A DNA stretch of 64,000 nt from Sedimentisphaerales bacterium (GTDB lineage Bacteria; Planctomycetota; Phycisphaerae; Sedimentisphaerales; Anaerobacaceae), in the NCBI GenBank assembly GCA_963708075.1, contig OY970194.1:5952001-6016000 (forward strand). Direction: 5' to 3'. Numbering within the stretch: the stretch's first letter is position 1; each line of letters begins with the position of its first letter. Positions 30,601 to 39,673 of the stretch are shown here, piece by piece. Both the position numbers and the translations under genes were made by a program. The notes under the pieces were generated by a model. That model searched no databases. It saw only the letters and a program-made list of their open reading frames with translations, and was not told the DNA's origin.

Positions 30601-32328
30601 CCACGATCGCGTCTGCTTGAAGCCGTCCCCGCTGGCGAATCGCTCCGTGGCTTCTCCGAGCGTACCGGCATCATGCGTGCCGGCATGAAGCATGACTTTC
30701 CGTTTGTGAAATCGATCACTGCTTTCAAAGCAGGAATCGATCTCGGCGGTGTTCGTTATTATCGCATCACGAAGGTCGAGCGCGTCCACGACCAACAGTT
30801 CTACGGGATGTCTGTGGCCGACCATCACAATCTCGTGGCCAACGGCATGGTTGTAAAGAACTGCTATCAAGAGCAAGTCATGCAGGTGTGCAATCGCCTG
30901 GGGGACATCCCGCTGCGCAAGGCTTATACGCTGATCAAGGCGATCAGCAAGAAGAAGGCGAGCATCATTGCCAAGGAGAAGGAGCGGTTCCTTGGGGGGT
31001 GCGTCAGCAAGGGGCTGAAGAAGAATGACGCGGAGCAGATCTTCGAGTTGATCGAGCGATTCGCAGGCTATGGCTTCAACAAGAGCCATTCCACGCGGTA
31101 CGCGTTCATCGCCTACCAGACGGCGTACATGAAGGCCCATTGGCCCGTCGAGTTCATGGCGGCCCTGCTGACCTACGAAATGGGCGACACGGACAAGGTC
31201 GTCGAGTACATCGGCGAGTGCCGGGAAATGGACATCACGGTGATGGCGCCGGACGTCAATGAAAGCGATGTCGATTTCACGCCCTCGTACAAGGAGACCG
31301 GGCAGGGCAGCAAGGGCGTGATTCGTTTCGGCCTGGCGGCGGTCAAAGGCGTCGGCGAAAAGGCGGTCGAGCATATCATCGAAGCCCGTAAGAAGCTTGA
31401 GCGATTTAAGAGCCTGTTCCACTTCTGCGAGAACGTGGACCTGCGAGCGGTGAACAAGCAGGTGATCGAGGCGCTGATCAAGGCAGGCGCGTTCGACCGG
31501 TTGGGCGGCAACCGCCACCAGATGATGGCCGGGCTGGAGAAGGCGATGGAAATCGGGGCCGGCCTCCAGAGCGACAAGGTCAGCGGCCAAATGAGTCTGT
31601 TCGGACAGGCCACCACGGAGGTGGATTATGCCGAGGATCACAAGCGGCTGCCTGAAGTGGCCCCCTGGCCGGAATTGCAGATGCTCGCGCACGAGAAGGA
31701 GGTCCTCGGGTTCTACGTCACAAGCAACCCGCTGAGCCAGCATGCGGAAGCGATCAACGACTACTCGACCACGAACACCGCCCATCTTGCCCAGAGCAAC
31801 GGGCAGGGCAACGGCGAGAAACAGGTCATCGTTGGCGGGATGATCACGAAGATCCGGTATAATCTGACCAAAACCGGCCGCAATGCCGGCTCCAAGATGG
31901 CCGTCTTCGTCCTCGAAGACCTGCAGGGCCAGGTCGAGGTCGTCCTGTTCCCCGATACGCTCAACGACTATGCCTCGCTGCTCGCGGAGGATGCCGTCGT
32001 CTTCGTTCGGGGCAAGGCCGACTACCGCCGGGAACGCGCCAATATCATCGCCTCGGAGCTGATCCCGCTCGAAAGGGCCCGCGAAAAACTGGCCAAGGGC
32101 GTGCACATCAAGCTGGATGCCCAGAGGGTGACGAAAGAGACGGTGCAGCAGATCCGCAGCATCTGCCAGTATCACAAGGGCGACCGGCCGTTCCAGATTG
32201 TGATCAAGACGGACAAGGGCAAAATCTACGCGACGGCCGGCAGAGACCTGTCGGTCAATCCGGATGTGGATTTCTGCCGCAAAATGAGACAGCTCGTGGG
32301 CGATGAGAATTTTGCACTGGCTAAATGA
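27670..32328 (+). CDS. dnaE: DNA polymerase III alpha subunit, intein-containing
   Basis: PHP HLHLHSQYSLLDG/TDHGN, RGSG, PDIDID, KMDFLGL, YGFNKSH, C-terminal OB fold. Confidence 0.97.
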   Translation: MPDKGFTHLHLHSQYSLLDGAISFERLFDRCKKLGMHAVAVTDHGNMFGAVEFYTKAKAAEIKPIIGIEAYIAPGSRFDRTKTAISDAAFHLILLAENNAGYRNLLKLASTGYVDGFYYRPRIDKEVLAECHEGLICATACLKGEVTAAVAAGDMKAAKQAAESYLKIFGPERFFIELQSHQGDQPHVRQGLIDLANELGIGLIATNDVHFLEREDYEAHNCLCAISTGKLANDPDRMIYPPDVYLKSSDEMREMFPEAPQASDNTLAIAERCNVELDLKTQHAPRYRTPDGSTPEKYLAGLCEEGAKKRYGEITTQVRERLDRELGVIQSKGFSSYFLIVWDFCNYARGQHIPLGARGSGVGTLVGYCLGLCDVDPIKYDLLFERFMDPARNEMPDIDIDICQAHRQEVIDYVRKKYGHVAQIITFGTMKAKAVIRDVCRVLGVPLVEADRLAKLVPFSLDMTLDKALETEPELKQAYESSDLTRKVIDIGQKLEGLARHASVHAAGVVVADEPLTNFVPLYKASGSDDVITQYEGPMVEKVGLLKMDFLGLKTLSVLERARQLVQNKHGGEIDLEKLDLTDQKVFGVFAAGRTKGIFQFESGGMQDLLMKMKPDRVEDLIAANALYRPGPMILIPDYIDRKHGAKWSLPHPIMTEVLEETYGIMCIHEDARIAMADGSEKPIRDVRTGDYVHSLNRAASQFEVKECHGCGPTRHGDGVKITLENGFSVTLTDDHEVYTFAGMKEAGKLDPAVDLVAVGRHLPQAQATARHLAPWLGADEDVAYLLGSLIGDGAMTGKGISLATGREEDHRKLLTWMHEQLPSLHAHEYFHGRSWYLSLSHPQLLNDPAHGNRKTRLHQLLETLGMKVSARHKHVPEVIFRCNRKVRAAFLAGLLDADGCTAIGTKGVAVCFLSSCSRMLLEDVRRLCQMEGIPTTIRPNRIQFWDLQTLSRLVEPYLLVRRFTGRLTQGRSVGWIPRSRLLEAVPAGESLRGFSERTGIMRAGMKHDFPFVKSITAFKAGIDLGGVRYYRITKVERVHDQQFYGMSVADHHNLVANGMVVKNCYQEQVMQVCNRLGDIPLRKAYTLIKAISKKKASIIAKEKERFLGGCVSKGLKKNDAEQIFELIERFAGYGFNKSHSTRYAFIAYQTAYMKAHWPVEFMAALLTYEMGDTDKVVEYIGECREMDITVMAPDVNESDVDFTPSYKETGQGSKGVIRFGLAAVKGVGEKAVEHIIEARKKLERFKSLFHFCENVDLRAVNKQVIEALIKAGAFDRLGGNRHQMMAGLEKAMEIGAGLQSDKVSGQMSLFGQATTEVDYAEDHKRLPEVAPWPELQMLAHEKEVLGFYVTSNPLSQHAEAINDYSTTNTAHLAQSNGQGNGEKQVIVGGMITKIRYNLTKTGRNAGSKMAVFVLEDLQGQVEVVLFPDTLNDYASLLAEDAVVFVRGKADYRRERANIIASELIPLERAREKLAKGVHIKLDAQRVTKETVQQIRSICQYHKGDRPFQIVIKTDKGKIYATAGRDLSVNPDVDFCRKMRQLVGDENFALAK
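29668..30861 (+). mobile_element. 398-aa intein with a LAGLIDADG homing endonuclease
   Basis: TYGIM|CIHEDARIAMADG...TDDHEV...YLLGSLIGDG...FLAGLLDADG...HNLVANGMVVKN|CYQEQVM. Confidence 0.95.
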
Positions 32329-32366
32329 CATGGAGGATTCGTATGTATCTCAAGGGTTGGACGAGC

Positions 32367-32729
32367 ATGAGCAGACACGTGGGCGTGGCGGCGATTCTCG
32401 CTGCCGGGCTGCTTGCGGGGTGTGCATCGGATGAAGATTTGCGCGTGGCCGGCCTGCCGGGTGAACAATACCTGGTCGGCGGCGGCCTGACCATCGGGTG
32501 GAAGGCCCCGAAGGCGGGAACCGTCTATCTCATGGAGAAGAAGACCGGCAAGCTGGTGGAGACCCGCTCGCTGGAAGAGGGCGACGTCTATTCTTTCACC
32601 GTCGACTCGATAGTCCGGGCCCAGGAACTTGGCGATATACTTGGGATCAATCTCACCAGGGCGGAGTTCCTCCTGTACTTCGAGCCCGCCGGCGAAGGAC
32701 TGTCTGAGCAGGCCCGATTGGTCAAGTAA
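32367..32729 (+). CDS. Putative lipoprotein
   Basis: Lipobox LLAGC after a hydrophobic leader. Confidence 0.75.
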   Translation: MSRHVGVAAILAAGLLAGCASDEDLRVAGLPGEQYLVGGGLTIGWKAPKAGTVYLMEKKTGKLVETRSLEEGDVYSFTVDSIVRAQELGDILGINLTRAEFLLYFEPAGEGLSEQARLVK

Positions 32730-32986
32730 TGATGAGTAAGGCATTCGATACGACAAACGAGGCTTTGCGGGAGCATATCAAGGGGCTGCGCCGCCTCGGC
32801 CTCAGCGGACGAGCGGCGATGACTTTCGAGCTGAGCGATAACCTTCGCCAGATCGTGAAGGACGGCGTCCGGCACCGGCATCCCGACTGGGACGAGACCC
32901 AGGTGAAACGAGAGGTGCTGCGCATTGTCCTCGGCGGCCGCCTGTTCAATGAACTTCCTGAAGAGGTCAAAAGGCGGGTTCAGTAG
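32729..32986 (+). CDS. Small hypothetical protein
   Basis: Translationally coupled. Motif DT..EA......LR.....R.....ELS.......GVR.RHP. Confidence 0.7.
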   Translation: MMSKAFDTTNEALREHIKGLRRLGLSGRAAMTFELSDNLRQIVKDGVRHRHPDWDETQVKREVLRIVLGGRLFNELPEEVKRRVQ

Positions 32987-33640
32987 ATGGATATTGACAA
33001 AGGCAGGACAGATAGTGATTTCGCCGGGCGGCTCATTGTGCTGGACGGGCCGGATGGGTGCGGCAAGAGCAGCCAGGCTCGGATGCTGATGGAGTGGCTG
33101 CAAAGGCAGGGCGTGGCCACCGTCGGTCTTCGCGATCCCGGGGCGACGGTGATCGGCGAAAAGATTCGCGAGATCCTGCTGAGCACGGCCCATGAAGCCA
33201 TGACCACGCCGGCGGAAGTGCTTCTCTATATGGCGGCTCGGGTGCAACTTTGGGCCGAGAAGATCAAGCCTGCCCTGAGTGAAGGCAAATGCGTGGTTCT
33301 GGACCGCTGGCTGTCGAGCACCTGTGCGTATCAGGGGTACGCCGGCGGTTTCGGCATGGAGAAGGTGATCGGGATCGCCCGCGACTCACTCGAACGGGTC
33401 TGGCCGGATTTGACCGTCATCCTTGACGTGGACCTGAAGACGGCCGCCCAGCGACTCCATCGCGAGCTGGACCGGATGGAACGCAAGGGCGACGGCTATC
33501 ACAGCCGGGTGCGAGAAGGGTTCTTGAAGCTTGCCCAGGGCCGGCCCGACTTCGTGGTCGTTGATGCCACCACCAACATGGAAGCCGTGCACAAAGAGGT
33601 CATTCGAGCCGTACTGAAGGTGTTGGAGGCAGGGTGCTAG
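32987..33640 (+). CDS. tmk: Thymidylate kinase
   Basis: LDGPDGCGKSSQ, RDPG, LDRWLSS..AYQG, PDLTVILD. Confidence 0.95.
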   Translation: MDIDKGRTDSDFAGRLIVLDGPDGCGKSSQARMLMEWLQRQGVATVGLRDPGATVIGEKIREILLSTAHEAMTTPAEVLLYMAARVQLWAEKIKPALSEGKCVVLDRWLSSTCAYQGYAGGFGMEKVIGIARDSLERVWPDLTVILDVDLKTAAQRLHRELDRMERKGDGYHSRVREGFLKLAQGRPDFVVVDATTNMEAVHKEVIRAVLKVLEAGC

Positions 33641-33673
33641 CCGACGCTTAATTGAAGAATCAGTGGAGTGGCC

Positions 33674-33752
33674 GGGTGCCATGTCTGCGCTTGCGTAGAC
33701 ATGTTCGAGTCGATGAGCAAAGCATGCTTACGCGAGCGTAAGCATGGCACCC
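33674..33752. repeat. REP doublet between tmk and holB
   Basis: GGGTGCCATGTCTGCGCTTGCGTAGACATG ... CATGCTTACGCGAGCGTAAGCATGGCACCC. Confidence 0.75.
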
Positions 33753-33816
33753 CAGCTACTGCCGGAGTTATCAGCCAAAACTCACTAGATTCGTTGGTGT
33801 ATGACGGCGGTCGTTT

Positions 33817-34947
33817 ATGTCGCTTACAGACGTTTTCTGCCAGGATAGACCCATAGGGATTCTGCAGCGGGGGCTTGCGGCGGGCAAGTCGGCCCATGCT
33901 TATATATTTTCCGGGTCGGAAGGCGTGGGGAAGTACAAGACCGCTCGGGAATGGGCCAGGCTTCTGCTGTGCAAGAGTCCGAAGGTAGACCGGGATGGAT
34001 CGGTGCCTTTCGCCGATAGTTGCGGCTCCTGCGAGTCCTGCTTGCTCGTGGAAGCCGACTCGCATTCGGACTACTCGCACATATACAAGGAACTCTTGGA
34101 GTTCACGGAGAACGGCAAAGGCCGCAAGAGCCCGGTGGACCTGCCGATCGACGTCATCCGTGAGTTTCTCATTCAGCAAGTCGCGATCCGCCCGTCGCTG
34201 TCGGCAAAAAGAGTCTTCATCGTCAGCGAGGCGGAGAAGCTGAATCTGAACTCGCAGAATGCGCTGCTGAAGGTGCTGGAGGAGCCGCCGCAGTATTGCA
34301 CCATCATTCTGCTGTGCACCCGTCTGGAGAAGCTCTTGCCGACGATCAAGTCCCGCTGTCAGATCATTCGCTTCGGGCCCGTCGAGGAGGGTCGAATCGT
34401 CTCTCACTTGACCGGAATGGGCCTGGGCCGCGAGCAGGCGATCTTCTTCGCCCGCTTGGCGCAGGGCAGCTTGGGGTTGGCTTGTCAGTGGGCCCGGCTC
34501 GAACTCGCAGGCTTGGGGCTCTTCAATATCAAGAAGACCGTCGTTGCATCCCTCGCAAAACTTGAGTTGGTCGATGCGTTGGACGCGGCCGAGCAACTCC
34601 TGAACTGTGCCAGGCAAATCTCCTCGGGTTGGGCGGACCTCGACAAGGCCACGAGCAAAAGCGACCTCAATCGCCGGGCGCAAAAGACAGTTGTCCAGAT
34701 GCTCATCGCTGCTCTGCACGACGCCATGACGTTGCCGCTTGCCGGCGGCCGGCGTCTGATTAACGCGGACCAGGCAAAGCAGATCGCGGATCTGGCCGGC
34801 CGATTCGATCCCGAGCAGGCCGGCCGGGGGATCAGCGACGGCTACGAGATGCTCCGCTGGATCGAGGCCAGCGTCAACGAAAAGCTAATTTTCGATCGCT
34901 TGTTGTTACGTCTGGCCCCCTCTGCTATAATGGGTGCCGCGTGGTAG
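33817..34947 (+). CDS. holB: DNA polymerase III delta' subunit
   Basis: HAYIFSG.EGVGK, C..C.SC, QNALLKVLEEPP, LLPTIKSRC. Follows tmk. Confidence 0.92.
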   Translation: MSLTDVFCQDRPIGILQRGLAAGKSAHAYIFSGSEGVGKYKTAREWARLLLCKSPKVDRDGSVPFADSCGSCESCLLVEADSHSDYSHIYKELLEFTENGKGRKSPVDLPIDVIREFLIQQVAIRPSLSAKRVFIVSEAEKLNLNSQNALLKVLEEPPQYCTIILLCTRLEKLLPTIKSRCQIIRFGPVEEGRIVSHLTGMGLGREQAIFFARLAQGSLGLACQWARLELAGLGLFNIKKTVVASLAKLELVDALDAAEQLLNCARQISSGWADLDKATSKSDLNRRAQKTVVQMLIAALHDAMTLPLAGGRRLINADQAKQIADLAGRFDPEQAGRGISDGYEMLRWIEASVNEKLIFDRLLLRLAPSAIMGAAW

Positions 34948-35024
34948 TGTAGCTCAATCATGCGAATACCGGGGGTTCTCCGCGCCCTTTCCCGCGCAGC
35001 GAGCATCCCCTCAGGATAACCAAA

Positions 35025-36080
35025 ATGACGGAAACGCCAGGGGCAAAGCCCAAGTTGATCAAAGGCAGGAAGTACATGCTGGTCCGTTACGGCCGCATGA
35101 ACATTCTTGGTCTGTTCGAGCACAATGAGTCACAAATGCCGAAGGTCCCCACCCGCGTCGTGGTGAAAACCGACAAGGGCCTGGAGCTCGGCCACGTCGT
35201 GGGCCAGCCGATCACCTACCGCGAGGGACGGTTCCGATTCACCGAGGAGCAGATCTGCGGCTATTTCACCGGCAGCGAGATCAGCTTCCCGAGCGAAACA
35301 GCGGGCAAGGTGATCCGGTTCGCGACGCAGGACGATATCAGCGAAGAGCAGCACCTGACGAAGATCACCGCCGAGGAGATCGCGACCTGCGAGCAGTTCG
35401 CCCAGGAGCTCAACCTGAGAATGAAGATCGTCGATGCCGAGCATATCTTCGGCGGCGAACGCATCGTCTTCTACTTCATGGCCGACGGTCGGGTCGATTT
35501 CCGCGAGCTTGTCCGCAAGCTTGCCCAGGAGTACCAGACCCGCATCGAGATGCGCCAGATCGGGTCGCGCGATGAGGCCAAGTTGCTCGGCGACGTCGAA
35601 AGCTGCGGGCAGGTCTGCTGTTGCATCCGCTTTCTCCAGTTGCTCAAGCCCGTGAACATGCGGATGGCCAAGATGCAGAAGGCCACGCTCGACCCGTCCA
35701 AAATCTCGGGCTACTGCGGCCGGCTCAAGTGCTGCCTGCGGTACGAGGACCAGACCTACACCGATCTCAAGAGGAACCTGCCCAAGAAGAACACGTGGGT
35801 CAAGACGAAGAACGGTCAGGGAAAGGTGGTCGACGGCCACATCCTGACGCAATTGGTCATCGTGGAGCACGAGAACGGCGAACAGATGGCCTTTCCTCTC
35901 GACGAGATCACGATTCTGCCGTATCCGGCCGCGAGGAGGAACCAGCCGCAGGAGGCGACTGCGGCTCCTGCACCGGCGCCGGCCTCGCGCCCGCCCGCCG
36001 AGCCCGAGGTGGATAACGCCCCCAAAGAGGCGGACGCCAACGAGCCGGAAGGGGACTACGAGCGGGAGGAAGAGGAGTAA
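35025..36080 (+). CDS. PSP1 C-terminal domain protein (YaaT/RicT-like)
   Basis: GRVDFRELV, RIEMRQIG.RDEA, CGQVCCC, KISGYCGRLKCCLRYE. Confidence 0.92.
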   Translation: MTETPGAKPKLIKGRKYMLVRYGRMNILGLFEHNESQMPKVPTRVVVKTDKGLELGHVVGQPITYREGRFRFTEEQICGYFTGSEISFPSETAGKVIRFATQDDISEEQHLTKITAEEIATCEQFAQELNLRMKIVDAEHIFGGERIVFYFMADGRVDFRELVRKLAQEYQTRIEMRQIGSRDEAKLLGDVESCGQVCCCIRFLQLLKPVNMRMAKMQKATLDPSKISGYCGRLKCCLRYEDQTYTDLKRNLPKKNTWVKTKNGQGKVVDGHILTQLVIVEHENGEQMAFPLDEITILPYPAARRNQPQEATAAPAPAPASRPPAEPEVDNAPKEADANEPEGDYEREEEE

Positions 36081-36089
36081 AGCAAGCCT

Positions 36090-38123
36090 ATGCCCCGTAC
36101 CATCGTGGTGACATCTGCATTGCCGTATGCCAACGGCCCTATCCATATCGGCCACCTCGTGGAGTATATCCAGACGGATATCTGGGTGCGTTTCCACAAA
36201 ATCTGCGGCGACCGATGCTACTACTTCTGTGCGGATGATACCCACGGCACGCCGATCATGATCAGCGCCCGAAAGGCCGGCATCAGTCCGGAGCAGTTGA
36301 TCGAGCAGGTGCATCGCGAGCACTCGGCGGATTTCAGCCGCTTCCATATCGAATTCGACAACTACTATACAACGCATTCGCCGGAGAACAGGGTGTTCGC
36401 CGAGACGATTTTCGAGCGGCTCAATCGGGCCGGCTCCATCGTCAAGCGCGACGTCGAGCAGACGTACTGTGAGAAGGACCAGATGTCGCTGCCCGATCGA
36501 TATGTGCGAGGCACGTGTCCCCGCTGCGGCAGCCCGGACCAGTACGGCGACTCCTGCGAGGTCTGCGGCTCGACGTACCGGCCGACGGACCTGGTCAATC
36601 CGCGTTGCTCCGTCTGTGGGACCCCGCCGGTGATTCGGGTTTCGCAGCACTACTTCTTCCGGCTGGCCAACTATGAGAAGCAGCTCAAGGAGCTGTTTGC
36701 GGCCGGCTATACGCAGCAGTCAGTGGCCAACAAGCTCGAAGAGTGGTTCAAAGTGGGCCTGGAGGATTGGGACATCTCCCGTGACGGGCCGTACTTCGGC
36801 TTCAAAATCCCCGGCGAGCAGGACAAGTATTTCTACGTGTGGCTCGATGCCCCCATCGGCTACATGGCTTCCACGAAGAACTACTGTGATCGTCACGGCC
36901 TGAGCTTCGATGAGCTTTGGAACAACCCGGCCAACGAGCTGTACCACTTCATCGGTAAGGACATCATGTATTTTCATGCCCTGTTCTTCCCGGCGATGCT
37001 CATCGGCTCGGGCTTCAAGACCGCCAACAAGCTCTTCGTCCACGGCTTTCTCACCGTCAACGGCGAGAAGATGAGCAAGTCCCGCGGGACGTTCATCCGG
37101 GCCAGCACCTACGCCGATCATCTGGACCCGGAGTTTCTGCGATATTACTACGCGGGCAAGCTGACCGGGGCGGTGGAGGACATCGACCTGGCCATCCAGG
37201 ACTTCATCGGCAAGACCAACGGCGACCTGGTCGGCAAGTACGCCAACTTGGCGTCCCGCTCGGGGCCGATGCTCACCCGCCAGCTCGGCGGCCGGCTCGG
37301 CACGCTCGACGCCGAGGGCAGGGGCCTCGTGGCCAAATTGACCGCCGCCAAAGGCCAGATCATCCGCGATTACGAGGGGCTCAACTACGCCTCGGTCGTT
37401 CGCACGATCAGCATGCTGGCCGATGAGGCCAACCGCTATGTCGAGCAGAAGCAGCCCTGGACGACGATCAAGACCGACGCCGAGCAGACGCGGACGACGC
37501 TGACGGCCGTGCTGAACGCCATGAAAGTGCTGACCATCTATCTCAAGCCCATTCTGCCGGAGTTCGCCAAGAAGGTCGAGAAGTTCCTGAACGTGGGTGA
37601 TCTGAGCTTCGCGGATGTGGAACACACGTTGGAGAATCGTGAAATCGGCACGTTTGAGCGATTGTTCGAGAGAATTGACGAGGAGCAGGTAAACGCCATG
37701 ATTGAGGAAAGCAAAGAGGGTCAGGCCCCGAAACCGCCGGCCGCGCCACAAGCAGCAACTCCGGCCCCGGCAGCGGTGCCGCAAGGGGACTTCAAGCCGG
37801 AATGCACGATCGATGATTTCGCCAAGCTCGACCTGCGCATCGCCCGGATCGTCTCCGCCGAGCCCGTCCAGGGCGCCAACAAACTGCTGCGACTGGTGCT
37901 CGACGTCGGCACGGTCCAGAAGACAGTGATGGCCGGCATCGCGCAGGCTTATAAACCCGAAGACCTGGCCGGCCGGCTGGTGGTGTTCTTCGCCAACCTC
38001 AAGCCAAGACAAATGAAGTTCGGCCTCTCCGAGGGCATGATCCTCGCCTCCGGCCCCGGCGGCAAGGATGTCTTCCTGCTCGGCGTCGATCCCGGCGCCA
38101 GCCCCGGACAGAAGGTTTCGTAA
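36090..38123 (+). CDS. metG: Methionine-tRNA ligase
   Basis: ALPYANG..HIGH, Zn knuckle, KMSKS, C-terminal tRNA-binding OB domain. Confidence 0.97.
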   Translation: MPRTIVVTSALPYANGPIHIGHLVEYIQTDIWVRFHKICGDRCYYFCADDTHGTPIMISARKAGISPEQLIEQVHREHSADFSRFHIEFDNYYTTHSPENRVFAETIFERLNRAGSIVKRDVEQTYCEKDQMSLPDRYVRGTCPRCGSPDQYGDSCEVCGSTYRPTDLVNPRCSVCGTPPVIRVSQHYFFRLANYEKQLKELFAAGYTQQSVANKLEEWFKVGLEDWDISRDGPYFGFKIPGEQDKYFYVWLDAPIGYMASTKNYCDRHGLSFDELWNNPANELYHFIGKDIMYFHALFFPAMLIGSGFKTANKLFVHGFLTVNGEKMSKSRGTFIRASTYADHLDPEFLRYYYAGKLTGAVEDIDLAIQDFIGKTNGDLVGKYANLASRSGPMLTRQLGGRLGTLDAEGRGLVAKLTAAKGQIIRDYEGLNYASVVRTISMLADEANRYVEQKQPWTTIKTDAEQTRTTLTAVLNAMKVLTIYLKPILPEFAKKVEKFLNVGDLSFADVEHTLENREIGTFERLFERIDEEQVNAMIEESKEGQAPKPPAAPQAATPAPAAVPQGDFKPECTIDDFAKLDLRIARIVSAEPVQGANKLLRLVLDVGTVQKTVMAGIAQAYKPEDLAGRLVVFFANLKPRQMKFGLSEGMILASGPGGKDVFLLGVDPGASPGQKVS

Positions 38124-38200
38124 ATGAGGCCGGAGACTACAGGTTGCAGGCTGCAGGCGCCTGCAGTCTCCAGTCTACAGCCTGAAGCCTTGAAGAAGCG

Positions 38201-38554
38201 ATGAAGAAGAACCTGGAAGAGATTGCGAAGGAGGATGGACGATACAATCCTGTCGCCTTCAAGTTCGTCTATGACGGACTGGGCTACACGATTCGCAACG
38301 TGGCCAGCGAGCCCCGCCACGTAAGCGGCCAAATGCTCTGCGAGGGCCTGCGGCAGATCGCCCTCGACAAGTACGGCCGGCTCGCCTTGCTCGTCCTCCA
38401 TTCCTGGGGCATCAAGACCACTCGCGACTTCGGCGAGATCGTCTACACGCTCATCAACCACGAGTGGATGAGCGCCCAGTCCACCGATACCATCGACGAC
38501 TTCAACGCCGTCTACGACTTCCGAACGGTCTTCCGAGACCAGTTCACGTTCTAA
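38201..38554 (+). CDS. Conserved Planctomycetes/Verrucomicrobia protein (Minf_1886-like)
   Basis: D.RY...A..FV..GL, HVSG..LC.G, WGI..T.DFGEIV, D...DF. Confidence 0.8.
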   Translation: MKKNLEEIAKEDGRYNPVAFKFVYDGLGYTIRNVASEPRHVSGQMLCEGLRQIALDKYGRLALLVLHSWGIKTTRDFGEIVYTLINHEWMSAQSTDTIDDFNAVYDFRTVFRDQFTF

Positions 38555-38703
38555 AGCGATCCTGCACCCGCCTCGACACGGCCTTCTGCCCCATTTGACT
38601 TCGCGCAGCGGAGGTTTACATCTTCACACGCCTGCCGCATCCTTCTTGCAATTGGCATGTTCTCGGCTACAATCGCGGCGTTAAAGGATCAGGTGCTATA
38701 CGT

Positions 38704-39423
38704 ATGAAGACGATGAGTTTCTGGGCCAAGGTCCAAAAGAACGTTGGCCGGCGGATGACGTCGGGCATGCTGGTGCTCGTGCCTGTCGGCGTGACGCTGC
38801 TGGTGATGAGATGGCTGTTCAAGTGGGGCACTGGACAGCTTCGTCCCGTTGTGAAGTACTTCACATCGGGCCTGGAGCGATCGGAGTGGATCGCTGCCCA
38901 GCCGGAAGCCTGGGTGAACTTCTATGTCTACATGCTCACGATCCTGCTGCTGTTGCTGCTGCTGTACCTGATCGGGCTCCTCGGCCAGTACATCGTCGGG
39001 CGGCGATTGATCGGGGCGTGGGAGAGCATCTGGCTGAGAATCCCGCTGGCCCGGACGGTCTACGGGGCGACCAAACAAGTGACCGAGGCCCTGTCCCAGC
39101 CGGAGGGCTCGGCTTTCAAGTCTGTCGTCGTCGTGGATTTCCCCTATCCTGATGCCAAAGCCATCGGATTTCTGACGGGCTACGTCGAGGATGACGCCGG
39201 CCGCAAGTTCGCCAAGGTCCTGATCCCCACGACGCCCAACCCGACCACGGGCTTTCTCGAACTGATTCCCCTGGACAGGATGTTCATCACCAACCTGACG
39301 ATCGAAGAGGGATTCCGGATGATCATCTCCGGCGGCATCGTCTCGCCCACCGACCTGCTCAAGCACAGACAACCGCCGGCAGCGGAGAACACGCCGGAGA
39401 CCCAACCCGAGTCCCCCGCGTGA
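38704..39423 (+). CDS. DUF502 membrane protein
   Basis: G.LVLVP..T, RIPL.R.VY...KQ, IPTTPNPTTGFL, ISGG. Confidence 0.9.
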   Translation: MKTMSFWAKVQKNVGRRMTSGMLVLVPVGVTLLVMRWLFKWGTGQLRPVVKYFTSGLERSEWIAAQPEAWVNFYVYMLTILLLLLLLYLIGLLGQYIVGRRLIGAWESIWLRIPLARTVYGATKQVTEALSQPEGSAFKSVVVVDFPYPDAKAIGFLTGYVEDDAGRKFAKVLIPTTPNPTTGFLELIPLDRMFITNLTIEEGFRMIISGGIVSPTDLLKHRQPPAAENTPETQPESPA

Positions 39424-39673
39424 CGGATCGTTCCACCTGGAACGATGTCCCCAACTTGCCTATTGTAGCCGGCCTCTCGTGTGCTATAATGACATGCAGC
39501 AAGGTGCGGCCGGGAATTGCCATTATACTTGTCCGCCATCATAGTTGACCGATCCTATCATATCAGGCCCGCCTTCAGAGAGTCACAGGGTAGGAACAAT
39601 CGCCGCAGGAAGCGCATGAAGGCACGGAGTGTGCCCGGTCATCATATGATCTCGTACATTGGAGGGAACGCAA

